Assembly: GCA_031414595.1 (NCBI GenBank)
Contig: JANNVX010000115.1
Span: 1 to 24,737 of the forward strand
Source: Deinococcales bacterium
Lineage (GTDB): Bacteria; Deinococcota; Deinococci; Deinococcales; JAAFIG01
DNA length: 24,737 nt
Direction of reading: 5' to 3'
The position numbers and the translations under genes are program-made. Below, in pieces: positions 7,598-16,341 of the stretch. The notes under the pieces are model-generated. The model ran no database searches, had not been told where the DNA came from, and saw nothing but the letters and a program-made list of their open reading frames with translations. The first letter of the stretch is position 1; every line of letters starts with the position of its first letter.

Positions 7598-8752
7598 ATG
7601 AAACTCTGGTGGCTTGGATTATTTTGCAGTGCAGCGCTGGCATTTTCGCTTCAAAACGATGCCAACCAAGATGTGCAACAATTGGTGAATTTTGGCGCTC
7701 GAGTTTCGGGCAGTAAAAACTTGGAGAATGCCGCCAATTATCTAGCCTCCGAGTACAAAAAAATTGGTGCAGAGGCTCGAGTCGAAACCTTTATTTTCGA
7801 GCGAGTGCGCGACCTTGGCTCGAGTGTCACGGTTGCGGGTAAGCGTTTTGAAGCCGATACTTTGTACTCTGCTAAAATCAACGATATTGAAGCCCAAGCG
7901 GTTGTGATTCCCAATTTTGGTTCGCAAGCCGATTATAAGGGCTTAGACTTAAAAACCCGGATTGCGCTGGTGAAACGCGGTGGGATAACTTTTCTCGAGA
8001 AAGCAAGGGCTGCACTGAACGCTGGCGCAGTTGGAGTGGTGCTGGTTAATAGTGTTTCTGGTCGTTTAAGCGCCAATTTACTGGGCGAATTCGATATTCC
8101 AATGCTGGCGGTTTCTGGAACAATCGGGGCTACTCTGCTCGAGCAAGCTAAAAAAAGTATTCTCAAAATCAGACTTATTTCCAATGTCCAACGCACCGAA
8201 GCCATTGGGCGTAATGTGGTCGCTAAATTTTCTGACCAAAATCCCAAACTGGTTCTCGGGGCGCATTTTGATAGTGTCCCCGGCAGCCCAGGTGCAAATG
8301 ACAACGCCAGTGGCACAGCCGCAATTCTCGAGATGGCACGGCGTTTAGCCCCAGAACTGCGTCAACAAATTTATTTTGTCTCGTTTGATGCCGAAGAGGA
8401 CGGTCTAATTGGCTCAAATGCTTTTGTGCAAGCCTTAGCCACAAGCACTTTAGATGGTCTAAAAGCGATGCTCAATTTTGATATGATCGCGGTCAATAAC
8501 AACCTGTCGGTTGGCGGCTCGAGTTCATTGGTGAACTTGATTCGTGGTTTATATCCACAAATCGGTCAGTTTAATGATTTCGCGGGTTCTGACCATGCCA
8601 GTTTTTTAAGCGAAGGCGTGCCAGCCGTGTTTTTCTGGCGTGGCTTTGAACCCAATTATCATTTGCCAGCCGATTCTAAAGTCAATCCTGTTCTGCTCGA
8701 GGAAACGGTACAAATTGGCTTAGGTGTGGTCAAACAACTCTTAAAGCAGTGA
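7598..8752 (+). CDS. Secreted M28-family metallopeptidase with PA domain
   Basis: Signal peptide (..ALA-F), PA-domain IALVKRGGITFLEKA, and zinc motifs GAHFDSV, GANDNASG, AEEDGLIGS, NFDM, SDHASF and YH. Confidence 0.92.
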   Translation: MKLWWLGLFCSAALAFSLQNDANQDVQQLVNFGARVSGSKNLENAANYLASEYKKIGAEARVETFIFERVRDLGSSVTVAGKRFEADTLYSAKINDIEAQAVVIPNFGSQADYKGLDLKTRIALVKRGGITFLEKARAALNAGAVGVVLVNSVSGRLSANLLGEFDIPMLAVSGTIGATLLEQAKKSILKIRLISNVQRTEAIGRNVVAKFSDQNPKLVLGAHFDSVPGSPGANDNASGTAAILEMARRLAPELRQQIYFVSFDAEEDGLIGSNAFVQALATSTLDGLKAMLNFDMIAVNNNLSVGGSSSLVNLIRGLYPQIGQFNDFAGSDHASFLSEGVPAVFFWRGFEPNYHLPADSKVNPVLLEETVQIGLGVVKQLLKQ

Positions 8753-8764
8753 TAAAATACACCC

Positions 8765-10162
8765 ATGTCAACCCGTACAGAAACCGACACGATGGGCGCT
8801 CTCGAGGTAGATTCCAGCCGTTACTGGGGCGCTCAAACCCAACGCAGCATTCAGAACTTCCCCATCGGACGTGACCGTTTTATTTGGGGTCGGGCGATTA
8901 TTCGTTCACTCGGGGTGCTGAAAAAAGCCGCCGCCCTTGCCAATGCCGAATTGGGGCAACTGCCGCAGGATGTGGCAGATTTGATTGCTCGAGCCGCCGA
9001 TGAAGTGATTACCGGCAAACTCGATGATCATTTTCCTTTGGTGGTTTGGCAAACGGGTTCTGGAACACAAAGCAACATGAATGCCAACGAAGTAATTTCT
9101 AACCGCGCTATTGCCTTAGCGGGCGGTGAATTGGGCAGTAAAAAACCAGTTCACCCAAACGATCATGTAAACCGTGGGCAGAGCAGCAATGATACTTTTC
9201 CAACGGCAATGCACATTGCCGTTGTCGAAGAACTGCACCGACAACTTTATCCAAATGTTTTGCTGTTGCGTGAGACACTACACCAAAAAGCCCAAGCATT
9301 CTCGAGCATCGTTAAAGTCGGACGCACCCACCTGCAAGATGCCACCCCGATTACCCTAGGACAAGAAATTGGGGCTTGGGTGGCGCAAATAGATTTTTGT
9401 CTCGAGCAGGTACGACACGCTGAAAAAGGTTTATATGAACTGGCGATTGGCGGAACAGCCGTTGGTACGGGCTTAAATGCCCATCCAAAATTTGGTGATT
9501 TAGCGGCACAGAAAATGGCAGACATTACAGGTTTACCATTTACTTCTGCCCTGAATAAATTTGCCGCACTTGCGGCGCACGATGCGCTTGTGACCACCTC
9601 GAGCAGTTTGCGGACACTGGCTGGCGCACTGATGAAAATGGCAAATGATGTGCGTTGGTTAGCCAGTGGACCACGCAACGGGATTGGCGAAATTGACATT
9701 CCAGAAAATGAACCCGGCTCGAGTATCATGCCCGGTAAAGTCAACCCAACCCAATCCGAAGCCATGACGATGGTCGTGGCACAAATTTTTGGCAATGATG
9801 CAACTGTGGCTTTTGCGGGTTCACAAGGCAATTTTCAACTCAATGTTTTTAAGCCCGTGATGGTGCATAACGTCATCGAAAGTATTGCCCTGCTCGGCGA
9901 TGCCTGTGTTTCTTTTAATGATAATTGTGCGGCTGGCATCGAGCCAAATCTCGAGCGAATTGCCCAAAACCTAGGTACAAACCTAATGCAAGTGACTGCC
10001 TTAAACCGTCATATTGGCTACGACAAAGCGGCTGCAATTGCCAAAAAAGCCCATAAAGAAGGCTTATCTTTGCGCGAAGCTGCCTTAAAACTGGGCTTTG
10101 TGACCGATACCGAATTTAACGAATGGGTGATTCCGCTCGAGATGACGTATTCAAAGGAATAG
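8765..10162 (+). CDS. fumC: Class II fumarate hydratase
   Basis: Motifs [47 protein letters not shown] and [13 protein letters not shown]. Confidence 0.98.
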   Translation: MSTRTETDTMGALEVDSSRYWGAQTQRSIQNFPIGRDRFIWGRAIIRSLGVLKKAAALANAELGQLPQDVADLIARAADEVITGKLDDHFPLVVWQTGSGTQSNMNANEVISNRAIALAGGELGSKKPVHPNDHVNRGQSSNDTFPTAMHIAVVEELHRQLYPNVLLLRETLHQKAQAFSSIVKVGRTHLQDATPITLGQEIGAWVAQIDFCLEQVRHAEKGLYELAIGGTAVGTGLNAHPKFGDLAAQKMADITGLPFTSALNKFAALAAHDALVTTSSSLRTLAGALMKMANDVRWLASGPRNGIGEIDIPENEPGSSIMPGKVNPTQSEAMTMVVAQIFGNDATVAFAGSQGNFQLNVFKPVMVHNVIESIALLGDACVSFNDNCAAGIEPNLERIAQNLGTNLMQVTALNRHIGYDKAAAIAKKAHKEGLSLREAALKLGFVTDTEFNEWVIPLEMTYSKE

Positions 10163-10228
10163 GCTATGGGCTATGAGTCTTGAGCTATGAGGTAAAGCTC
10201 AAGGCTCATAGCCCATAGCTCATAGCTC
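10163..10228. repeat. Inverted heptamer arrays (RGCTATG)n forming a 24-bp hairpin between convergent genes
   Basis: GCTATGGGCTATGAGTCTTGAGCT (10163-10186) pairs with AGCTCAAGGCTCATAGCCCATAGC (10196-10219) with one wobble. Confidence 0.85.
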
Positions 10229-11338
10229 TAACAACATCCCCGCAATCAGTGCAGCCCGTGGCGCGAGACTTGGAATATCAATGTACTCGAGTTCTTTCTG
10301 ATGGGCATTTGCGCCAAATGCACCAAAGCCATCTATGGTTGGAGCAAGCCTTGCGGTAAAATTGCCGTCTGAACCGCCACCGACTCGAGCTGCTCCAGGA
10401 TTAAAACCGAGGGCATTAGCGATTTTCTGGGCTTTCTCGAGTAAAACCCATGTGCCATCGGACGGTTCCATTGCTGGGCGGTTAAGTCCATCGAGGATTT
10501 CATAGGTTGTGCCATCTAGCGGTTGGATTTTACGAATCGCTTCGTCTACTCGAGCCGCTTCTTCGCTTGTCCAAACTCGGATGTCTATTTCTAGGTACAC
10601 TTCGTCACAGACAACATTCATGGCGCTGCCGCCTTTGATGACGTTTGGTCCTAGGGTTGTGCCTTTGGCTAAATCTTGGAGTTTAATCACCTCGCCAATT
10701 AAATAGGCGGTGCTGACAAGGGCGTTGCGTCCGTTTTCGGGTTCTGTGCCTTGATGGGCGGCTTTGCCCCTGATAAAAACTCGGTAGCCGCCCACGCCTT
10801 TACGCGCAACTTTGAGGTCTCCATTTAAGTGTGGTGGCTCGAGAACCAGCACCGCTTTTGCGCCAGTCGCCAGCCCTTCGATATAGGGTCGCCCAGCATG
10901 ACTGGCAATTTCTTCGTCGGGTGTGACCAGAAAATCCACAGTGCAACTCGGGCGTTGCCCGTTTTCAAAAATGGCTTTTAATGCCCAGATTGCTTGGACT
11001 ATCCCAGCTTTCATATCGTAACTGCCCGGGGCAAAAACTTTATCGCCTTCGACTCGCCAATTGTCTTTCCAAGTGCCATGTGGGTAGACCGTATCGGCGT
11101 GTCCCATCAGCAGTACACGTTCACTCGAGACTCCTGGAATTTGAATATGCAGAATATCACCTAGTTCGTGGTGATGGCGTTTGACAGTGCCGTACTGCTC
11201 GAGCATGGCTTCTATTTGGTCTTGGACTTTGTTGATGGCGGCTGCATCTTTAGAGGGTGACTCGAGCCGCACCAGTTTTTCGATGTCGCTGAGCATGGCG
11301 TTGGTGGATTGACCTAAAAAAGCATAGATTTCTTGCAT
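10220..11338 (-). CDS. M20-family metallopeptidase (glutamate carboxypeptidase G2-like), 372 aa
   Basis: Motifs GHADTV, PGSYDMKAG, DEEI, LEP, GKAAHQG and GGGSDGNF. The start is set at MQEIY (11338), just after TGtTAGAAT. Confidence 0.92.
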   Translation of the reverse strand: MQEIYAFLGQSTNAMLSDIEKLVRLESPSKDAAAINKVQDQIEAMLEQYGTVKRHHHELGDILHIQIPGVSSERVLLMGHADTVYPHGTWKDNWRVEGDKVFAPGSYDMKAGIVQAIWALKAIFENGQRPSCTVDFLVTPDEEIASHAGRPYIEGLATGAKAVLVLEPPHLNGDLKVARKGVGGYRVFIRGKAAHQGTEPENGRNALVSTAYLIGEVIKLQDLAKGTTLGPNVIKGGSAMNVVCDEVYLEIDIRVWTSEEAARVDEAIRKIQPLDGTTYEILDGLNRPAMEPSDGTWVLLEKAQKIANALGFNPGAARVGGGSDGNFTARLAPTIDGFGAFGANAHQKELEYIDIPSLAPRAALIAGMLLEL

Positions 11339-11449
11339 GGTGCATTCTAACAGGCAAATCACACCACGCCGCAAACAGGCAAAACGCACTAGCCTCTGAA
11401 AGGTCTTGATTTTTTGAATTTTCCACAGAAGTGCATGAATGGAAAAACG

Positions 11450-11474
11450 GGGCGAACACGGAGGTTCACCCATA
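11450..11474 (-). repeat. REP-like hairpin
   Basis: Minus strand TATGGGTGAAC-ctccgt-GTTCGCCC gives an 8-bp stem with one wobble. Confidence 0.45.
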
Positions 11475-11529
11475 AGCATCAGGCTAAGACCCAAAGTCTT
11501 TCAGTACATATAGAATCACATTCAGTCAG

Positions 11530-11593
11530 CCCCTCACCCGACTCGCTTAGGCTCGCCACCCTCCCCCAAACCACGCTTCGCTTGGGGAGGGTT
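11530..11593 (+). repeat. Diverged copy of the CCCTCACCC...GGGAGGGTT (BoxC/REP-like) repeat
   Basis: CCCTCACCCGACTCGCTTAGGCTCGCCACCCTCCCCCAA...TTGGGGAGGGTT aligns with the copies at 11691 and 24536. Confidence 0.8.
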
Positions 11594-11690
11594 AGTGAGT
11601 GGTTTTGACTTTTATATACCTTGAAAAACCTGCTTGGAGCTATGTTTTTGACCTGTTTTGTCCTCTATTTGACTACAACACAAACCGAAC

Positions 11691-11791
11691 AACCCTCTCC
11701 CGCGCTGTTTGGCGGGATGAGGGTAACGAGCTTCAAGCGAGTTGGGTGAGGGTTAGATGGCGTTGACGGGCAAATCACCCTCGAGCGATGG
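11691..11791 (-). repeat. ~100-bp dispersed repeat, copy A (downstream of the chemosensory operon)
   Basis: 11691-11754 is the exact reverse complement of 24536-24599. 11755-11791 aligns imperfectly with 24500-24535. Confidence 0.95.
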
Positions 11792-11818
11792 ACTTGGTTG
11801 TTCTTTCGCTCTTCGCCC

Positions 11819-12646
11819 TTAAGCAAAGGCTTGTTGCAAACTTGGCATTTGCCTTGAAGCAAGGTAACGCACGGTGCTTGGCACACTTGGCGCAGTCACG
11901 ATTAAAGCAAGAGCGCTGGTGTCGTTGATTCGACTGACAAGTAAGCTCTTGCCTTGGTACTCGAGCGAGAAGCTGTGTAAGTCAACACCGCCCAAGTTAA
12001 TCCCTAAGCCATTAGAAATACTGGTTAGGGTTCGCACATATGTACCAACCAAGGGTGCTTCATCAAGTGGCTTGCCGTGTTCAGCCAGCACACTGGCATC
12101 TACAGTGGTAGCAACAATCAGCACTGTTTCGACTTCGGGTTTCTCGAGGAATGGCGCAAGGTGCGAAGTGAAATCAACACCATGCCCAGTGCTTGGGGCG
12201 CGGACTTCGGGGATAACCACGGCTGGAGCAGCCAATTGGACTTCGACTGTTTGGGCTTCGGTGCGCTCCTGTGCTGCTTGTCCACTTTTAGCGAGGGCTG
12301 CGTCTATCCGTGGGAACAGGTCTTCTGGGGTAAATGGTTTAGAAACCACACCCTCTGCTCCGGCTTCTTTGGCTTGGGCAGTCACAGCCGAATCCACAAT
12401 GCCGCTAATCAGCAAAATCGGAACATTGCGAAAACGATCCAAACTTTTTAAGCGGGCGGTTAATTCAAATCCGTTCATGTTCGGCATGACCACATCAGCA
12501 ATGATTAAGTTCGGTACATCATTGGCAATCAGTTCCATGGCATGTTCGGCACTCGAGGCGCTTAAAACACTGTATTGGCGGGGTGATAACAGGCGCTCGA
12601 GGGCTTTACGGACACTTACTGAGTCATCTACAATCAGGATTTTCAT
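11819..12646 (-). CDS. Response regulator: receiver domain fused to a C-terminal Roadblock/LC7 (MglB-like) domain
   Basis: Intact receiver (IVDD, IIADVVMP, LISG, SKPF), an Ala/Pro linker, then a ~115-aa C-terminus with a Roadblock-like pattern (VETVLIV...LGINLGG...SFSLEYQGKSLLVSRI...LALIV...VRY). AGGAG lies upstream. Confidence 0.8.
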   Translation of the reverse strand: MKILIVDDSVSVRKALERLLSPRQYSVLSASSAEHAMELIANDVPNLIIADVVMPNMNGFELTARLKSLDRFRNVPILLISGIVDSAVTAQAKEAGAEGVVSKPFTPEDLFPRIDAALAKSGQAAQERTEAQTVEVQLAAPAVVIPEVRAPSTGHGVDFTSHLAPFLEKPEVETVLIVATTVDASVLAEHGKPLDEAPLVGTYVRTLTSISNGLGINLGGVDLHSFSLEYQGKSLLVSRINDTSALALIVTAPSVPSTVRYLASRQMPSLQQAFA

Positions 12647-12682
12647 TTTTTGTAACTCCTATGGTGCGTTATTGCCATAACT

Positions 12683-13414
12683 TTATCGGGTGACACTTTC
12701 AAAGTTCGCCAGTTCCATTAACAGTTGAAATAGGGATTTGCGGATGGTTCGGGTTTGCAGGTCAAGTGCGTCTGGCTCGAGTTTCTCAAATGAAAAGTGT
12801 CCTTGTACGGCATGGCTGGCTTGTCCAAAGAGCCGAATTACGGCTTCTTCTCCGATGCGTCCATTGTACTCGGCGTGGGTCGGTCTGCCTTGTGAAAAAT
12901 AAATCCCGCCGTAAGCCCCATCCATATGAATTAAGAGTTTTCCGGTGCTGTTGGATTTGGCTAACCACTGCACCAAATTAAGTAAATCGGCATCATCCAA
13001 CGAGCCGCCGATGCTTGGGGCGCGTTCTTGGCTGGCACGGACTTCGGAATGAACTTGGTTTAAGACTTCTTGGACAAGGCGTTTGGCAATCAGGGCAATG
13101 TCGTTGGGATTAGAATTCGGGTTCATCACAAGGTCGTGTTTTCGCATTTCAAATTCGGCTGGTTTTTCGGCAGCCAGTAAAATAAACCCCGTAGTCACCA
13201 GACTTGGGTCGCCTCGCACAATTTCGTGCAAGTCGCAACCAGTCATATCAGAAAGCTCGCACTCTGACACAATCACATCGGGTTGAGAACGCTCTAAGAT
13301 GCTGGCGGCGTGCATCGCAGTTGGAGCAATTTCTACATCAAAATCGTTCATCCGCAATGGCGACTCGAGACTCCGCACTCGGTTTTGGTCGGCGCTGACA
13401 ATCATGGCTTTCAT
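12683..13414 (-). CDS. Pseudo-receiver plus DUF4388 (PatA_N-like) protein
   Basis: The C-terminal GSLDDADLLNLVQWL...TGKLLI...GGIYFSQGRPTHA...GEEAV...GHFSF fits DUF4388. The receiver has Glu (VIVSE) at the phosphoacceptor position. It overlaps cheA by ATGA. Confidence 0.82.
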   Translation of the reverse strand: MKAMIVSADQNRVRSLESPLRMNDFDVEIAPTAMHAASILERSQPDVIVSECELSDMTGCDLHEIVRGDPSLVTTGFILLAAEKPAEFEMRKHDLVMNPNSNPNDIALIAKRLVQEVLNQVHSEVRASQERAPSIGGSLDDADLLNLVQWLAKSNSTGKLLIHMDGAYGGIYFSQGRPTHAEYNGRIGEEAVIRLFGQASHAVQGHFSFEKLEPDALDLQTRTIRKSLFQLLMELANFESVTR

Positions 13415-16338
13415 GCGCTTACCATCTCAGAACGAACTCGAGTTAAAAAGCGCTCCAGTCGGGTTTCATCAATCGGTTTAGAAAAATACTCAGAGACACC
13501 CAAAGCTAGGGCAAATTCACGGTGTTTATCCGAAGCTCGGGTGGTAAGCATGGCGACGGGTAGTTTAGCAAAGGCTGGACGGCGGCGCAGTTCGTCGAGC
13601 AATTCAAAGCCGCTTTTACGGGGCATCTCGAGGTCGGTGATGATCGCATCAAATTCGGCTTTGCTGGTCATGAAGTTTAATGCCTCTTCGCCGTCGGCAG
13701 CAGTGGTGACATCGCAACCCATACGGGTTAATAACCCAGAGACAATTTTACGCACCGATAAGGAATCGTCCACCAGTAACATTCGGGTTCGGCGCGTGGC
13801 GGTAACCGTGCTTGGGGCTTGGATTTCGCCTCGCTCGAGTTTGGCAAGTCCGTTTGGGTCAAGCATTAAAATTACCTCACCCTCAGCACTGACCGAAGCG
13901 CCAGACAAATGGGCAATCTGGTCAAATGGGGCATCGAGTTGCCGCACCACAGCTTGCTCGAGTCCAATCATCGCATCCACTTCGTAGGCTACACGTCCGA
14001 CTTCTGATTCTAAAATCATCACTACAATCCGTTTGGTGTCGTTGATACTGCGTGGTAACTCGAGAATATCGGCGAGGTGGCTAAGAATAAAACTCTCGCC
14101 TTGTAAAACAAATTGACGTTCTAAACTGCCATCGGGCAGGGCGATTTGGGTAATGTCTCGTAAATCCAAACTGCGTAACGCCCTTACCGTTTCGGCAGGA
14201 ACAGCAAAATGCTCGCCGGAAACGCGAATCCCAAGAATATCGGAAACAATTAAGTTGGCTGGGATACGCAAACTAAAGCGTGTACCAAAACCATGTTCGG
14301 TCTGGATACTGACTGCGCCTTTTAAGCGGCGGATATTGTTGGCAACCACATCCATGCCGACCCCTCGCCCAGCACGGTCAGTGACGCTTTTGGCGGTGCT
14401 TAAACCGGGTAAGAAAATCAGTTCGGCTGCCATTTCATCGGTCATGGTATTGACTTCATCTTGGCTTTTTAAGCCGCGTTCAACTGCACGGCGGCGAACG
14501 GCTTGTAAATCTATGCCCGCCCCATCGTCTTGTACCTCGAGAACCAGATTTGCCCCGCGCCGCATGGCAGTGATTTTTAAGACACCCTCTGCCTGTTTAC
14601 CTGAGCGACGGCGCACATCAGGGGCTTCGATACCGTGAATTACGGCATTGTTGACCAAGTGAGTAAATGGGTCTACGAGATTTTCCAAGACCAAATTATC
14701 AATTTCAACATTTTCGCCCGTCAGTTCTAGCTTAACCATTTTACTGACCGCTTCGGCGGTGGTTCGCACTTGTCGCCGTAAACGCTGGTACAACCTAGAA
14801 AGTGGCACTAAACGCAAACGTCCAGCCTCGAGCCGCAAAGACCGCGTGAGTTTTTCAAAGTCTTGGGTTTCGCGCTTAAAGCCTCTGCCAATTTCCTCGA
14901 GTTCAAGTTGAAGCTCAGAAATGTCGGCGGTGAGTTCGGCAACACCACGGGCAATTAAACTGGTGTCGTCGTAACGGTCAAATTCAAGTTCTGAAAACAT
15001 GGCTCGCACATCTTCAATTAACTGGCTTGGGGCTTCGGTCTGGGTATCGGTTTCTGGCTCAGGACTGTCTGCCATGAATCTAGGATTACCAAAGCGTTCG
15101 GTAATATCGGCACTGGTTTTTTCTAAACGCACTCGGCTACCCGCCAAGAGTTCATTCAGTTCTTCGATTCGTTTTGAGAAATTATCAAAACGAGCGCGGG
15201 TGAGTAACACCTCACCCGACAAATTAAGTACCCGTTCCAGACGGTTCAAACCAACCCGTAAGGTCACATTGGCAGTCGGGGCATCGGTTTGAATGGTGGC
15301 TGGGATGACTGGAGTCAGTTGTATTTGTGGGGCAATGGTCAAGACCTGTTCTTGTACCCCAAGGATTAAATCAAGGGCTTGATGTGTGCCTTCAAGTGCG
15401 CCAAACAAAGCGACTTCGCGTCCTTCGGCAGTGGCAATCATTCTCGATAAAGCATCTATGCCTTGGGCAACAGCGTTGCCAAATTGGTCATTCCACTCGG
15501 TATTGCCATCTCGTACCAAGACCAGTGCATCCTCGAGTCGGTGGGCAAGTTTACCAAGCGGGTCGCAACCAACCGAATAACTTGCGCCTTTGACAGTGTG
15601 AAACCCACGAAACATCTCATCTAAGGATTCTTTAGGAGCTTCTATATCCAAGGTTTCTAAACCGTGGGCGACCAATTCTAGGTTCTCTAAAACTTCTGGG
15701 GCAAAGTATTCCCAAACTTCGGGTTGATTACGAAAATACTGGCGTAAATCATTCACGACTTGCTCTGAACTGGTTTTGACCACAGGCTCTGAACTGGTTC
15801 TGCCCACAGCTTCTGCGCTGACTATGGCTAACGGTTCGTCAAATTGAACCCCAGCCAGCACCGCTACTAAGTCTGGCTCGAGTTCATCAATAAAGCCCAT
15901 ACTTGCACCCATTTGGGCTTCGCTGCGCTTAAAATTGGTGGGATTTTTGACCAATAAACGTTGCAGCAGGTCGCCTCCACCCAAAGCGGCAAGGGCTAAA
16001 CCCGGTTCGCCCTCGTCGCCAGTGGTTTGAATTCGCTCTAAGGCTTCGGACAACACGGCGGTGACTTGTGCCGAAAAATCGAGGGCGAGGCGGCGTTCAT
16101 CGGCAGCAAATAAATGGGCGCTTTCAAAAACACGCTCGAGCAGTCCAGCTAAGCTCGAGACCTCACCATATTGGTACAGACCAGCACTGCCTTTTAAGCG
16201 GTGCGAAGCCACCACAAGACGGCGCATCCCATCTGGATGAACCATCAAAAACGGGGCAGACTCGAGTTCGCCAGTGGTTTCCCAGGCTTCGGTTAAGAAA
16301 CTTTCGATTAAATCTTGGGGGCGGGCAGTGGCTGTCAT
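13411..16338 (-). CDS. cheA: Hybrid chemosensory histidine kinase (Hpt-Hpt-dimerisation-HATPase-CheW-REC), ChpA/PilL-like
   Basis: Hpt motifs SHRLKGSA and FHTVKGAS, catalytic motifs HLVNNAVIHGIE, QDDGAGID, IFLPGLSTA and GRGVGMDVV, and a C-terminal receiver (LVDDS, ITDLEMP, SKP). Confidence 0.95.
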   Translation of the reverse strand: MTATARPQDLIESFLTEAWETTGELESAPFLMVHPDGMRRLVVASHRLKGSAGLYQYGEVSSLAGLLERVFESAHLFAADERRLALDFSAQVTAVLSEALERIQTTGDEGEPGLALAALGGGDLLQRLLVKNPTNFKRSEAQMGASMGFIDELEPDLVAVLAGVQFDEPLAIVSAEAVGRTSSEPVVKTSSEQVVNDLRQYFRNQPEVWEYFAPEVLENLELVAHGLETLDIEAPKESLDEMFRGFHTVKGASYSVGCDPLGKLAHRLEDALVLVRDGNTEWNDQFGNAVAQGIDALSRMIATAEGREVALFGALEGTHQALDLILGVQEQVLTIAPQIQLTPVIPATIQTDAPTANVTLRVGLNRLERVLNLSGEVLLTRARFDNFSKRIEELNELLAGSRVRLEKTSADITERFGNPRFMADSPEPETDTQTEAPSQLIEDVRAMFSELEFDRYDDTSLIARGVAELTADISELQLELEEIGRGFKRETQDFEKLTRSLRLEAGRLRLVPLSRLYQRLRRQVRTTAEAVSKMVKLELTGENVEIDNLVLENLVDPFTHLVNNAVIHGIEAPDVRRRSGKQAEGVLKITAMRRGANLVLEVQDDGAGIDLQAVRRRAVERGLKSQDEVNTMTDEMAAELIFLPGLSTAKSVTDRAGRGVGMDVVANNIRRLKGAVSIQTEHGFGTRFSLRIPANLIVSDILGIRVSGEHFAVPAETVRALRSLDLRDITQIALPDGSLERQFVLQGESFILSHLADILELPRSINDTKRIVVMILESEVGRVAYEVDAMIGLEQAVVRQLDAPFDQIAHLSGASVSAEGEVILMLDPNGLAKLERGEIQAPSTVTATRRTRMLLVDDSLSVRKIVSGLLTRMGCDVTTAADGEEALNFMTSKAEFDAIITDLEMPRKSGFELLDELRRRPAFAKLPVAMLTTRASDKHREFALALGVSEYFSKPIDETRLERFLTRVRSEMVSA

Positions 16339-16341
16339 GAT

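Noticed and set aside
11339-11494. 52-aa N-terminal extension of the M20 peptidase
   Set aside because: It runs through promoter and repeat DNA. A leaderless-type -10 sits just before Met53.
11665-11886. 73-aa Cys-rich ORF with CxxC pairs
   Set aside because: It overlaps a real gene's end and runs through the dispersed repeat, so the CxxC pairs are probably chance.
12643-12678. 11-codon minus-strand mini-ORF bridging the DUF4388 stop and the REC-Roadblock start (ATGA overlap)
   Set aside because: It has no SD of its own and the downstream gene has AGGAG, so it could easily be chance.
11874-12680. 268-aa plus-strand ORF and other long antisense ORFs (e.g. 13310-13987, 9247-9831, 14153-14638, 3340-3792)
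   Set aside because: They are shadows of well-supported genes on the opposite strand, with Ser/Thr-rich composition and no motifs.
15755-15809. 24-bp tandem duplication in cheA (RTSSEPVV/KTSSEQVV), and a hexamer run at 3053-3078
   Set aside because: These are real but ordinary in-frame slippage events in a linker or terminus, with no sign of function.
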